Below, piece after piece: positions 38,409-52,118 of a stretch of 64,000 nt of DNA; positions within the stretch are counted from its first letter, which is position 1, and the number at the start of each line of letters is the position of its first letter. The position numbers were made by a program, and so were the translations under genes. The notes beneath the pieces were generated by a model. That model made no database searches. It was not told the DNA's origin and worked only from the letters and a program-made list of their open reading frames with translations. Origin of the DNA: Mobula hypostoma (taxonomy: Eukaryota). Location: NCBI RefSeq assembly GCF_963921235.1, contig NC_086107.1, forward strand, positions 109,556,001-109,620,000. Direction: 5' to 3'.

Positions 38409-41400
38409 ATAAGAGATTGTAGCGCATAAAACGCAGAGAAGGTACAGTGTGGGTAGACAATAAGGTGAAAGTCATAACGAGATAGATTAACTCTCTCCCC
38501 AATGGCACGATGGGAATGCCCACAACAGCAGCTCAAGAAGACTGCTCAACATCACCTCCTCTCCTCAGGGGCAATTAGGGGATATTGACTGGACCAGTAA
38601 TGTCACATCCAAAAAAATGAAGTTCTCATCAGCACTTTTCACACTCACGAAATTCCAATGTTTACTGTCAAAGAAGAATACCCGTCTTCTTTGCCCCCCC
38701 TCCCCGAGAGAGGGGGCAGTAGTGCACAGCAAGATCCCAAAACAAAATATCAGGATGCTGCGGGAGATAAACCCCACGGGCTGCGGGGCAAATATCTTGC
38801 CAGCACGCACTGAGGAATCCTTTCTGTACCAGGGACCACGGCACATCATATCTGTATAAAATCGGGCCCGTTGTTTTGGGATTTTTGATGTAATGCCCGC
38901 ATCCAGCAGCCCAAACTCTGGCCCGGATTTCTGGGCTGGATTCTGGACTCTCTCACACATCGAGAGGCAGGAGCAGAACTCTGGCTCAGAATCCTGTTCC
39001 GGTTTTTTAAAAAAAAAATCACCACAGAATTCTCAATCAACCAAGGGGGACCTTCCCGCACACCCCTGCCCATTTTTACCCAACTTAAGGCTATCGGATA
39101 AGATCCATTCTTGCTCAATGCGCACAGAAATCCAAATTAAGACCAAGGATCAGGACTTAAAAGGCAGTTTAAAACGTTGCATGAACATTAACAAAATTAC
39201 TATTAATAACACAGAGTCAACCTAAACATTACTTCAGATTTTCCAATTACAGCCCTGCTGATGACTTGCTTCCTGGCTGTGGACAGTTGCCAAGGTGATG
39301 GGTTTGCCTTCTCATCAATTGGCCATTTCCCCTACAAGGCTGATAATCCAACTGCTCCATGCAGCCGAGCGACTCCCCCCCTCCAGGTCCGGAATTTCAG
39401 ACGCACGGGGGCAGGAACGCTCGTGTCCCAGCAACCGCCATGTCAGGCCAGAATCAATCAACGGGAGGACGCACTTGTGTGAGAGAGGGTAACTAATGAA
39501 TTATCCTCTTGGGGGGAGGACACGAGTGCACACATGGGATCGGGAGGAAGCAGTGCCCTGTAAGTAGGGTGCCATTGTGCCATTGTCACTAGGGACCCTG
39601 CACACCAGGACTGGCCGACACAAGGGGGAGCCGCTGTAAAGGTGGAGGGCGAAAGGATCGAGGGTCAACTTCATTCACCGTAAACACAGGAATTTGCTGT
39701 GGCGGGTTTATTTACCGGGATACGGTGTGGAACTGGTCCTTCTGTCCCTCTGAGCCACACCGCCCAGCATCCCCCAGTTTCACCCCCGCTTAATCGCGGG
39801 ACAATCTACCGCCACCAACCAGCACGTCTTTGGACCGTGGGAGGAAACCGGAGCACCCGGAGGAAACCCACGCATTCCACAGGGATTACGCACACACTCC
39901 TTGCGGGTGACGTCAGAATTGAACTCCAACGCCCTGAGCTGCAATAACGTCATGCTGACCGCCACGCTACCCGTGCATTAGCACGACACACAACAAAAAA
40001 TAAAAATCAACAATTCTAGAAAAACAATTATATTAAAAAAAAGTTACAGGTTCAAGTATGGATATGGAATAAATATACACCAATACCAACATGCATTTAC
40101 AACGTAAACAGCTTTTAAAAAAAGTGTTTACGTTGCAGTGATTAAGGTAATAGATGGGGGGGGGTGTGGGGGCCAACTAGAATGGTTGATCAGATTAACT
40201 GCCCGGGGGAAGAAATTCCAGATGGCGTGAAATTTTTGTTCTTATAGCGCTATTGCACTTTCCAAAACTCGTTGTTTTGGAAAATGCAGCTTGTAGAGTG
40301 GGGAGTGTCCACAAATATTTTTTCCTGCCTGCACAAGTCCTGCCCTGATGGCAGACTGCAGACAATGACCTCTCCAGCTGATCCGACAGTTCGCTGTAGT
40401 TTTTTTTGTACTGCACCCAGCCAGACAGTGACGGCTGACGTGAGGAGGCTGTCTCCGATGGCAGTGGAGAATTGCACCGGCATCTTCTGGGGGACGATGG
40501 AAGTGCAGGTCCCAGGCATCAGCGAGGTGCCCTTTAACACTGTGACGGCACAGCTGGGTGAACTGCTGTATCACCTCTCCAGCAAGACGGACCGGTGCGG
40601 AATTTTCACATCGCCCCTGTGAACACACAACACTCTCCCATGATGATCTGGTTCCCTCCCACATCCCAAAGGTGAGCTGACAGGTCAACTGACCCCTGCA
40701 AGTCAGTGGCAAAAAACAGGACCACAGAGACATGTGGTTTATAATCAAAGTGCAGGTATGTCACAATATGATGGCTGGTTCTTCACTTACACTATCTCGA
40801 GATTCATCTTCTTGCAGGCATTTACAGGAAAATAAAGAAATACAATTGAGTTTACAAAATCTTTATTGGCAGAGTAGACTTGATGGACCAAATGGCCTCA
40901 TTATGCTCCTATATCTTATAGTCTTATTATATTTAAGACTGAGGTTGACAGATTCTTGATTAGTCAGGGCAGAAAAGGGAGAAGGCAGGAGATTGGGGCT
41001 GAGGGGGAAAATGGATCAGCTGTAATGAAATGGTGGGGCAAATTTGATGGGCCAAATGGCCGAATTCTGCTCCTACACCTTAAAAACTATAGGTAAACAA
41101 AGACTGACAAACAACCAAAGTGAAAATGATGACAAATTGTGTAAATAAACCTAAATAAAATATGTGTGGAGAACCTGAGTTGTAGAGTCCTTGAAAGTGA
41201 GTTCTCAGGTTGGCGAATCAATTCAGAGTTGAGGCGAGTGAAGATATCCACACTGGTTCAGGAGCCTGATGCTTGAGAGGTAATAACTGTTGCTGAACCT
41301 GGTGGTGTGGGACCTGAGGCTCCTGTACTTCCTGCCTGATGGCAAGACAACAGAGACACAGAACTGGCTGACTTTTATCAGCACAAATCCAATAACATAA

Positions 41401-41896
41401 CGTCTATCACCATACAAGGATCCCTTGGAAGGGTGGTGGAGCTTGAAAAGATAACTGCAATAATGTATTGTTCTACTACAGAACAGTAAGCACAGGCCAG
41501 GACCCTTAGCCCACTATGGTGTGCCAACTTTTTAACCTAATCAAAGATCAATCCAAGACAGACATAGAACAACACAATGAGGAAAATCTGGTCATCAATG
41601 GTTTCAGGATCCTCTTGTACAAACTGCTCATCGCTCTTCCTACATTACCACATCTACCACATTTCAACAGTACATCATTGCCTATAAAGCACCATGGGGG
41701 AAGTTCAACAAGAAGTTATTGCCTGCAAACCACCTTGGGGAGATCTAGCAAGCATCCTTTCAAATGCTTCTGGCTCAGTTCAGAAGACATAACAGTTTAG
41801 ATTTGTGTTGCGTTTACACAGTGGAGTGGGAGCTCTCCGCACTTTGGCCAATGCTAGGAAAAGAGGAGCCAAAAATTTTAAAATATATATATCACT

Positions 41897-42437
41897 GCAG
41901 TCAATTCCAGCCAATTGGGCCAGCCTCTTAATTAGGACAACTCCTAAAGAATAAAAAGTATCCAGGAAAATAGCCAGGAATCCCTTTGTTTACTTGGGAC
42001 ACTACGCCTCTTAATTTGGAGGGGAGACTGTTGCCAAATAGTTTCTAAGTAGCGTCAGTCACGTGGACTTGTGTGGCCAGCAGACCCTACACTGTGTTTA
42101 GAGCGAACAGTTTTTAAACAGCTTCAGCAGCGTGTGTTTCTGTTCAAAAAACAGTGATTTTTGTCACTGATAGTTGGTGGGAAATAAGCAGCAAGACGAT
42201 TCAGAACTGCTTTGCTCACTGCGGTTTCAAGCATTCAGGCTTGGAGATGCCAGAGACAGCCTGGAGTGAAGATGAAATGATTTCACTACTTCAACAAGTT
42301 AGAAACTACGAAGAATTTGAAGGGTCAACAATCATCCTGAATGTTACACTGAAAGTGAAGGCTTGGAAGATGCAACCATCAAAAGCCTCCTACGAAGGCC
42401 GTCCATTATCTGCAGTGATTTTGTTCATGTACAGTCG
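41897..42437 (+). mobile_element. Tigger-like remnant (transposase C-terminal part)
   Basis: DSWWEISSKTIQNCFAHCGF matches the W..(V/I)...TI.NCF...GF Tigger motif. Confidence 0.7.
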
Positions 42438-43155
42438 ATCAAGAGAACACAGCAGCGCACGCTGGATAGTGGGTTGGTTACAGAGCACGAAACAGGCTCT
42501 TCCGCCCCTTCCAGCCACACCACCCAGCAACCTCGGATTTTAACCTGATCGCAGGACAATTTACAACGACCAACTAATCTACTAACATCTTTAGACTGTG
42601 GGAGGAAACCAGAGCACCCGGAGAAAACCCAGACGTTCCCCAGGGTGGGCGGACAGACTCCTTACAGATGGTGTCAGAATCGAACACCAAACTCCGACGC
42701 CCCCGGACTGTAATAACGCCCCGCCAACCACTACGCCTTTGCGGAAGGAGTCAAGGGACCCAACGCAATGGCACTGAGGCAGAAACGCCAATGTGACAAA
42801 CGAAGAGAAGGGAAGTCCCGAGTCAAAGTAAATTTAGGAGAAGTTTGTCTAGCGAGCCACTCTGTTCACGAGCAGTTGGGATTGAGTAACTAAACTTTGG
42901 CCTTATCATCACTGCCTGTGATCTAAAACAGACATTTTAAAATAACTTCTGCATTTCCTTCCTTTCCAGTCCAGAAGAAGGGTCTTGGCCAGAAACATCA
43001 ACTGTTTATTCTCACTCGTAGATGCTGCCTGATCTGCTGAGCTCCACCCAACACATTGCATAAATTGCTCTGGATTTCCAGCATCTTGTCTCTATGTCTT
43101 GGTTTGTGGAAGCAGTACAGTGAAATACATAAAATTACTAGAATTCTGTGCAAGT

Positions 43156-43157
<2 letters not shown>

Positions 43158-43230
<73 letters not shown>
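43158..43230. repeat. Compound (TA)n(CA)n microsatellite within a MITE TIR spacer
   Basis: Flanked by tgtgcaagtct and caagacttttgca. Confidence 0.9.
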
Positions 43231-43233
<3 letters not shown>

Positions 43234-43879
43234 CAAGACTTTTGCAAGACAGGTGACGCCAGCCATTATCAATACTCTTCAGAGACAGTCTGCCCGGGCG
43301 TCAGTGGTCACATAACCAGGACTTGTGATATGTGACCATCAACCGCCTGCTCCCATGGCTTTATGTGACCCTGCTCGGGATGCGGGGGAGGGTGGGGGGA
43401 GGTGGTTAGAACTCAGCAGGTGCTACACCTCGTCCAAGGGTGACCTGCAGGCTAGCAGAGGGAAGGAGCACCTCACACCTCCTTCAGCAGAGACTCATCT
43501 CCACCCAGCCACCCTCTGCCTGGCTCTCGGACTCTCCAATTTGTTCGACTCCCACGCTGTCCATCAAGGCACTCAGTTCACGAACAGTTGGGTCTGAGCA
43601 ATTAAACATTGGCCTTGCCATCAGTTCCTGTGTTCTGTTAATGAATATTTAAAAATAACTTGCTCTAGCATTTTCCTTTGCATCCAATATCCATAGATGG
43701 ACCACGTTGGGTCTTGTGAAACTTTCTCCTTGCCTCTCTGAGGCCATGTCTGTGGGCAGGGCTTACGATTTAAAGCACAAAGTAATTTCTTTATAAATGT
43801 ACGTCTATGTCACCATGCAGGCATTTACAGGAAAACAAAGAAATACAATAGAATTTATGAAATCCATACATAAATAACC

Positions 43880-44130
43880 GACCCTCCAAGATAGAGGGTT
43901 CAGCTCAGGGCTAACAACCCTGAGTGGTAAAACGATCCTGTAATGGAAACAGCAATGAAGAATCCTTCTACATCTGAGTGTGACGGTATTCCTGAGTCTC
44001 CACTGGGACTTGCATGACTGACAGTAGTGAAAACCAAGAGGAATCTACTGACACGATGAAGAAAGCCCTGAACACCACCAGAGATGGAGGACCTTCATTG
44101 CTGCCCCAAACGTCAGCGGTGTAACGGGCA
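43880..44130 (+). mobile_element. Probable RTE-derived short element (related copy ~8970-9130)
   Basis: Shared cagctcagggctaacaaccctga block; RTE-like 3' end gatggaggaccttcattgctgcc. Confidence 0.5.
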
Positions 44131-44518
44131 AAAGAAAATATAAATAAACTGAAAAACAACCAAATTGAAAAAGATATATTGTGAAAATAAATAAAAATAA
44201 TACTGAGAACACTTGCAAAGGAATAGAAGAAACAAGGTATTTTTCAGATAAGTTCAGGTTTGAAGGGCCAGTCCTCATTCCAAAATGCAGTTTGCTTCAG
44301 TCACTAATTCACACTACCAGCTGGCTACAGGCCCAGCTCATGCATAGTTGTCTTGCCACTGGGATAGGCTCATACACGAGGTTGTGCAAAAGGGAAGTTT
44401 TACAGAGAAACCCCTTTCCTGCCAGCAAGCCCTCATGAACAAGTTCAGCCCACTCCTAGACTGGGTAGACCAGGCTTCAGCAGTCGTAGTGCAGGAACAC
44501 GACCTAATCTACGCCAGC

Positions 44519-44616
44519 AACACACCCACAAAATGCTGGTGGAACACAGCAGGCCAGGCAGCATCTATAGGAAGAAGTACAGTCGTCGTTTCGGGCCGAG
44601 ACCCTTCGTCAGGACT
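44519..44616 (-). mobile_element. ~100-bp Penelope LTR fragment ending at the hammerhead motif
   Basis: TSD-like ac(g/a)ccagc at 44511-44518 and 44619-44626. Confidence 0.7.
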
Positions 44617-45210
44617 CCACACCAGCCTCATTTTATGCCCAGTCCAATCACACAGTCCTCTCTCATCCATGTACCTATCCAAACATCACTCACAGTGTCA
44701 CATCTACCACTTCCATTTCACAGACCTTCTACCCTGAGTGAAGAAGTTCCCCCTCAGATTCCCCTTAAAAAGTTCACCTTTCACCCTTAACCTATGACCT
44801 CTAGCTCTAGTCTCACAAACTTGAGAGGAAAAAAAACTTGCTTACACTTACCTTCTCTACACCCCTCATAATTTTGTATACCTCTTCAAGATCTCCCCTC
44901 AATCTCCTACGCTCCAGGGAGTAAAGTCTGAACTTACTCAACCTTTCCCTGTAACGCTGGTCCTCAAGTCCGTGTAAAATTTCCCTCAATTCTTTTAAAG
45001 ATTAAAACCCACACGTTCACAGGGAGAGCATGCAAACTCCATGCAGACAGTGCCCAAGGCCGCAGTTCCACCAGCCGCGTCACCGTACCACCCAGCTGGG
45101 TAGCACCCTTGCCTTGAGGCCGGGAATTTGGAAGTTCAAGTCTTGCTGCACTCTGCAAAAATCCAAGCCTGCACTCCAATGCCGATGACAAGGGAGTCAA
45201 AGTCAAAGTA

Positions 45211-45364
45211 CAGGTCGACCTTCACTAATCCGGCACCACTGGGACCTGAGGAGTGCCGGATTAGCGAAAATGCCGAATTACAGAAGGATCACATTAAGCA
45301 TAATCAGTGCCGGACTATCGAAGGAACCGGATTACAGGTAGTCGGCTTAGTGAAGGTCGACCTG
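45211..45364. mobile_element. 154-bp Tc1/mariner (Tigger-like) MITE
   Basis: 22-bp TIR caggtcgaccttcactaa(t/g)ccg; TA TSD. Confidence 0.9.
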
Positions 45365-45971
45365 TACATATATTACTAAATACTAGTTTGAGATTCATTT
45401 GTTTTCTTACAGACATTTACAGCAAAATAAGAACAGAATTTATTAAAAACTATACATAAACAAAGACTGACAAACAAGTGCAAAAGATCAATTGTGCAAA
45501 TTTAAAAATACAGTAATACTGAGAACACGAGTTGTGGAGTCCTTGGAAGTGAGTCCACTGGTTGTGGAATCAGTTCAGAGTTGAGGTGAGTGAGGTTATC
45601 CACACTGATGGTTGTAGGGTACTAACGGTCACTGAACCTGGTGGTGTGAGACGCGAGGCTCCTGTACCTCCTGCCCGATGGCAGCAGCGAGAAGATAGCA
45701 TGGCTTGGATGGTGGGGGTCCTTGACGACGGACGCTGCTTTCTTGTGACAGCGCTCTTTGTAAGTGTGTTCAAGAGTGGGGAGGGCTTTGACTGTGATGG
45801 GCGGGCTGTATCCATCACTGTCCGCAGACTTCCCATTCCCGGGCACTGGCGTTTCCATACCAGTTCACTGTGCATCTACAGACGTTGTCGAGGTTTTAGA
45901 TGTCATGCTGAATCTACACAAACTTCTGAGAGAGCAGAGGCACCATCCTGCCTTCTTTGCGATGGCACTTA

Positions 45972-46405
45972 CAGTTCTGTGCAAAAGTCTCAGGCACCCT
46001 AGATTATTCGTTTATTTATTTATTTTATTTATTTTTAATGGTCCTCATGGTACGACCTCCACAGAGCCCTGATCTCAACACTGAGACTGTCTGGGGAGAC
46101 AGAAGCAAGCGAGACAGGTAAAGTCTGAAGAACTGTGGCAAGTCCTCCAAGATGCTTGGAACAACCTACCATCCGATTGACTTATGAAACTGCACAACAG
46201 CGCACTTAAGAGAATCGATGCAGTTCTAAAGGCGAAGGGTTTTCACATCAAATATTGATTTGATTTAGGTTTTTTTTAAAACTGTTCACTGCTCTGAACA
46301 GTATATTTTCTGATATTTAGAAATTTTTCATTTCACTATTTTTGAAAGCATCTTCACTTTACAGAATTCTTATTTTTAACATGTGCTGAAGACTTTTGCG
46401 CAGTA
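45972..46405 (+). mobile_element. Tc1 derivative retaining the catalytic C-terminal motif
   Basis: TIR cagttctgtgcaaaagtct; translation RPPQSPDLNTETVW resembles Tc1 WPPQSPDLNPIE.LW. Confidence 0.75.
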
Positions 46406-47259
46406 AGTGTTGATCCCAGAACAGGTCCTCTGAAAGATGCAGAGTGCTACACCGTCAGAGATTCAGAATCAGAATCGGAATCAGGCTTAATATGGTACGT
46501 CGTGAAGTTTGTTGTCTTTGCATCAGCAGAACAAAACAATAATAGAAAAAAAACTCAATTACAGAACATTACGGTATATAAAATGGTTAAATTAATTAAA
46601 TAGTGCAAAAATAGAAATTAAAAAGAAGTGAGGTAGTATTCCTGTGTTCAATGTCCATTCAGAAATCCGATGGGAGAAGGGAAGAAGCTGTTCCTGAATC
46701 ACAGAGTGTGTGTCTTCAGGCTCCTGTACCTCCTCCCTGATGGTAGCAATGAGAACAAGGCATGACCTGGGTGATGGTGGTCCTTAATGATGGACGCCAC
46801 CTTTTTGAGACACCGCTCCTTGAAGACGTCCTAGATAGGGCAGAGGCTCGTACCCACGATGGAGCCGATTTGCAATAAGAGCTGAACTAAGATTCCTTCT
46901 GCCCATCTCAGATGCATTAAGGACTCCTTTTCCCCCACAGCACAGGGGGCTTCCCCAGAGTTTATCTCCCAATCAATATTTGATTATTTTCATCTCCTCC
47001 ACACCCCCTCACTCCCACCCTCTTGTAACCTGCTGTACACGTTGATTGCTATTTTTCTCCAGTGAAGGTTAAGTTTATTCTCACATGCATATACATTAGG
47101 GACATTGAAGAAACTCTTATATGGGTACATGGATGAAAGAAGAATGGAGGGTATGGGTGGGAGGGGCCATGGAGTAGTTTCAAATGTTGACACAACATTG
47201 TAGCCTGGAGGACCCATACTGTGCTGTGCACCTTATGTGGGGGTTATGGGGTGTGCGGG

Positions 47260-47755
47260 GGGGGGTAACATCTCTGGTGAAGGGGCTTGTCGTGTCCATT
47301 CTGGGGCTGCTCACTCACCTTTGGTCCCCACCGGACCCTCAGCTCTCACCTGTGGCTCCAAGTAGCTGTCTGACTGTGACAGCAGCCACACCCCAGTACA
47401 CCGCTTCAAGAAGCTGGCTAAACCGGGTAGCCGGTAGCTTTCTACCCTGGTGAGATAAGGACATGCCTGTCCTAACGTGTGAAGCCAGCTCCAGCAGACT
47501 GGGCGGACGAGATCCAACAGATAGGAAGGTGGTTCTGCGACGCTCCGTGGAGAGCGAGGGGCGTGACAAAGCACAGAGGACGTCATGGTCATCTGCTGCA
47601 ACCAAGGAAGACCCCAGTTTGTGAGGCTTGTCCGTACCACTGGACCCGGACTTCTGAGATCGAGAGAGTGGAACTGCCCCGGTGAAACGGCTTTTCCTCT
47701 AAAAACTCTCCAGCACAGGTTTCCAGTCATCGTCAGGCACAATGGACAACCAACA
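47260..47755 (+). mobile_element. Probable RTE-derived non-autonomous element
   Basis: tggtgaaggggcttg start resembles RTE/BovB-type 5' ends; non-coding. Confidence 0.45.
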
Positions 47756-48475
47756 CCTCCACATATACGCACAGATGTAATGAAAAGCCTTGTTGTAGCT
47801 GCATCACAGACACATACTGTAGCATCAGGTACACTACAGTCACCAGAAAGCAGGAGAGTGGGGCGGGGGGGGGGCAGGAGATTGGGGTTGAGAAGGGAAA
47901 ATGGATCAGCCATGATGAAATGGCAGAGCAGACTCAATGGGCCGAATGGCCTAATTCTGCTCCTGTATCTTATGAAAGTTGAACAGAAACGGTACACAAT
48001 TTTTTTTAAAACAAGAAAGAGCACAATTAGAACAAAAAAAAATGTGTTGCAGTGCTACAGCCATACTGAGGTAGTGACTAGTTACTCTGGACTATTACAG
48101 CAAGCGTGCCCCTAAATTAGTCACATGATCCTGAAGCGTTTCGGGGCTCTGTGGCCCTGAATGACGTGATGAAGAATTGCAAGGATTTCACTGCAGCTTC
48201 AGTCAGAGATTGGGGGCTTCTCCCAGGAATGCTGGCTCCCAATCTATCTTAATTTCCGGCCTCTGACAGTCCCTGCTAAATGGGTGTCACGTGGGACACA
48301 CCTTTCCTTTCCACAATAATGGGCTCGACTATGACTTCACTTTCCAAAAATGCTCAGGGATGGAGACGTTGACAGGGAAGTCTGAAAAGTTACATGGACA
48401 AATGCCGAACATTCTCTGCATAATCTTCCTCGCGGAGGGAGATCCAATCAACCAGCCAACGTCCCTCCTGTTTGT

Positions 48476-49140
48476 AAACACAAGAGATTCTGCAGATGCT
48501 GGAAATCCAGATTATCACAGTCAAAATGCTGGAGGAACTCAGCAGGCCAGGCAGCAATCTATGACTCTTCATCAGGACTGAAAAGGAAAGGGCTAGACGC
48601 CAGAATAAGAAAGGTGGGGGGGAGGTGTAGGAGGCTAGCTGGAAGGTGATAGGTGAAGCCAGGGGGTGGGAGAGGTTAAGGGTTCAGAAGAAGGTATCTG
48701 ATAGGAGAGGAGAGTGGACCATGGGAGAGAGGGAAGAAGGAGGGGACCCAGGGAGAGGCAATAGACAGGCGAGGAGAAGAGGTAAGAGACCCAAGTGGGG
48801 AATTGAAGAGGAAAGGGGGAGGGGAAAATCAAGAGAAAAAAGTTAACATAAGGAGAAATCGATGTTCACACCATCAGGTTGGAGGCTGCTTAGATGAATT
48901 ACGAGGTGTTGCCCCTCCACCTTGAGACTGGCCTCATTGCGACAGAAAAGGAGGCCATGGACTGACATGTCAGAATAGGAACGGGGATAAGAATTAAATG
49001 TTTGGACAGTGGGAAATCCCACTTTTGGCGGATGGAGCGGAGAATCAGTTCACAACAGCTCTCTGCAACGTAGAGGAGGCCGCACCGGGAGCAGGGGACA
49101 CAACAGATGACCCCAGCGGATCCACAGGTGAAGCACTGCC
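48476..49140 (-). mobile_element. Older Penelope-like copy (GIY-YIG C-terminus plus LTR)
   Basis: Colinear with 5270-6025 (ccatcaggttggaggct, cacaggtgaag). Confidence 0.8.
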
Positions 49141-50560
49141 TCGATACTCACCTGCCACCGCGAAGTGACCGCTTGATCCCAAGCTCTACGCGCTAACCAT
49201 CAGTGCCCTACCACGCCACTGACCGAGCCGCAAGGCGGCGTAACGGCTGATCGCAGTCACTTTGCGGCTCCGACAACCAAAGTTCCAGCCCACGCAGCTG
49301 TACGTACATTCTCCCCGTGACTGCGCGGGTTTCCTCCGGGAGCTTGGATTTCCTCCCATGACTGCGTGGGTTTCCTCTGGGAGCTCTGATTTCCTCCCAC
49401 GTTCCAAAGACGTACCGGTTAGGGTTAGTGAGTCGAGGGCATGTTGCATTGGTTCCAGACACTTGCAGGCTGCCCAGCACAAACCTCACTGATTCGATTT
49501 GCCGCAAACAACGCCCTTCACTGGATGTTTCGAAGCACAGGTGACAAATACTCTCTTAACCCCTGAAACAACCTCGTGATTGCTAGAAGACACAACGGTC
49601 TAGAGCAGGGGGGGACTAAGCAGGTGTTATCAAGGGTGACCTGCAGGCTAGCGGAGGGAAGGAGTGCCTTACACCTCCTTCGTTAGAGATACACCTCCAC
49701 CCCGCCACCCAAGAGTCATAATTACGTCTTAGAAAAATATGTTGACAGGTTTGTGAATAGGAAAGATTTTGAGGGATATGGGATAAATGCAGAGGAGTGG
49801 GACTGGACTAGTCTACAAAGGTTAGCACTGATGAGCCGGAACAAAAGCCCCAGTACTCTGCTGTTTTACATGAAGTTCAAAGTACATTATCAATGTCTAC
49901 AGTATGCAACCCTGAGATTCAACTTCACCGCAGACAACCATGAAAGAAAGAATCACCATGGTATCAAACCCACACCCCCCCACACGCACAAAAAAAAACT
50001 CAAATCACGCAAACAGCAAAGAAAGCAAGAAACGTGAAATATAAAATAACCAAGAGTCCAGGCATATTCAGCTGAGTTCCATCTACCACGCGTCGTTCGT
50101 TATCTGCAGGCCACCCCAACCAAAATCGCATAAAATAGCAAAAAAAAAAGGAATGACCAGAAACACATCATAACGTGAACTACAGAGTCCAATCCACAAG
50201 CCATTATCATTAATGAATAAGGTTGTGCATAATTAGTTAATAACACATGATGTTAATTTGTTACGTATTGATATACAGCACGGATCAAAACATTCCAACC
50301 CTTCGAGCCGCGCTGCCGTGCAATTCCGGATTTAACCCTAGGCTAATCATAGGACAATTTACAACGACCAATTAGCCAACCATCCGGTACATCTTTGGAC
50401 TGTGAGTGGAAATACACACGTTCACAGGGAGAACATACATACTCCTTACAGGCAGATGTGAGAAACGAATCGGGGTCACTGGCCGTACTAACCTCTACAC
50501 GACCGTGTCACCCGGGGGGGTCCCAGGGAATGTGCCAGTATTTACTTATTGAGATACAGT

Positions 50561-50858
50561 GGGCATGTGACCAAGTGGTTAAGGCATTGGACTAGCAACC
50601 TGAAGGTCGTGAGTTCGAGCCCCAGCCGAGGCAGCATGTTGTGTCCTTGAGCAAGGCACTTAACCACACAGTGCTCTGCGACGACACCGGTGCCAAGCTG
50701 TATGGGCCCTAATGCCCTTCCCTTGGACAATATCAGTGGCGTGGAGAGGGGAGACTTGCAGCATGGGCAACTGCTGGTCTTCCATACAACCTTGCCCAGG
50801 CCTGCGCTCTGGAGAGTGAAGACGTTCCAGGCGCTGATCCATGGTCTCGCAAGACTGA
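50561..50858 (+). mobile_element. Third copy of the young tRNA-headed SINE
   Basis: Highly similar to the 26997 and 28747 copies. Confidence 0.88.
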
Positions 50859-51558
50859 AAAGGCCCTTTGAGGCACATCTCCCAGCAACCCGCCCCCCCA
50901 CCCCCCGATTTAACACTAGCCTAATCACGGGACAATTTGCAAGGACCAATTAACCTACCTCCAGTACATCTTTGGACTGTAGGAGGAAACCCACACAGTC
51001 ACGGGGAGAACGCACACACTCATTACAGGCAGTGGCGAGAATAGCACTGTGTTGCTCGTTATGAGGGCGGCCCCCAATCAAAAAAAAAACACGCACGAAA
51101 TAGCAACCAAAAAAGTGAACAGAAACCAGAAACACGTCATAATGTGAACTAGAATCCAATCCACAAGCCATTATTTATTATGAATTAACGTTGTGCATAA
51201 TTAATAACACACAATGCTAATGTCCCATAGACACAAATCAATCCGGTCATCTGTTCCAGTAACTTTGGAAGAATAAATATTGGGTCTAGGATGTCAGAGA
51301 TAACGCACATGCATTTTATTTATGGGACAAACAAGGGATCATATATTATGTATTTAATATTTCTGCAATATTTCAGTAAAATTGCAGCTCTTAGCGTCAA
51401 CAGTTTATGTTTTACAAAAATTCTGTGCGCCATTCAGTGATTTTCAGCCCGAATCACTACGTGAACGTGCGGTGGGTCACACACACTTAGGACTGGCACG
51501 GTACATTTGTCTTCCGACAGCTGCAAAGCTTTGGAACTCTTCTTCCAACAAAGGAAGA

Positions 51559-52118
51559 CAGTGGACACTTTATTAGGTACACCTACTCTTTAATGCAAAA
51601 AACTAATCAGCCAATCATGTGGCAGCAACTCAATGCGTAAAAGCATGCAGACATGGTCAAGAGGTTCAGTTGTTGTCCAGACCAAACATCAGAACGGGGA
51701 AGAAAGGCGATCCAAGTGACTTTGACCGTGGAGTGATTGTTGGTGCCAGAAGGGGTGATGTGAGTACCTCAGAAACTGCTGATCTCCTGGGATTGTCACA
51801 CAAAACCGTCTCTAGAGTTTACAGAGAATGGTGTGAAAAACAAAACAAAAAAAAAATCCAGTGAGTGGCTGCTGTGTGGGTGAAAATGCCTTGTTAATGA
51901 GGGAGGTCAGAGGAGAATGGCCAGGCCGGTTCAAACTGACAGGAAGGTGACAGTAACTCAAATAACCACACGTTACAACAGTGGTGTGCAAGAGAGCATC
52001 TCTGAATGCACATATCGAACCTTGACGTGAATGGGCTACAGCAGCAAAAGACCATGAACATACACTCAGTGGCCACTTGATTAGGTACAGGAGGTACCCA
52101 ATAAAGTGGTACTGAGTG
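51559..52118 (+). mobile_element. Tc1-like derivative with a doubled (hairpin) right TIR
   Basis: HTH remnant ORF 51619..51864; extra left-type TIR from 52063 inverted against the terminal TIR. Confidence 0.85.

Noticed and set aside
47311..48024. 237-aa minus-strand ORF
   Set aside because: Runs across several unrelated repeat fragments and has no protein motif
49140..49160. Strong minus-strand donor-like site cag|gtgagt as an extra exon
   Set aside because: Upstream sequence is SINE-derived and encodes no Ras-like peptide; no supported acceptor
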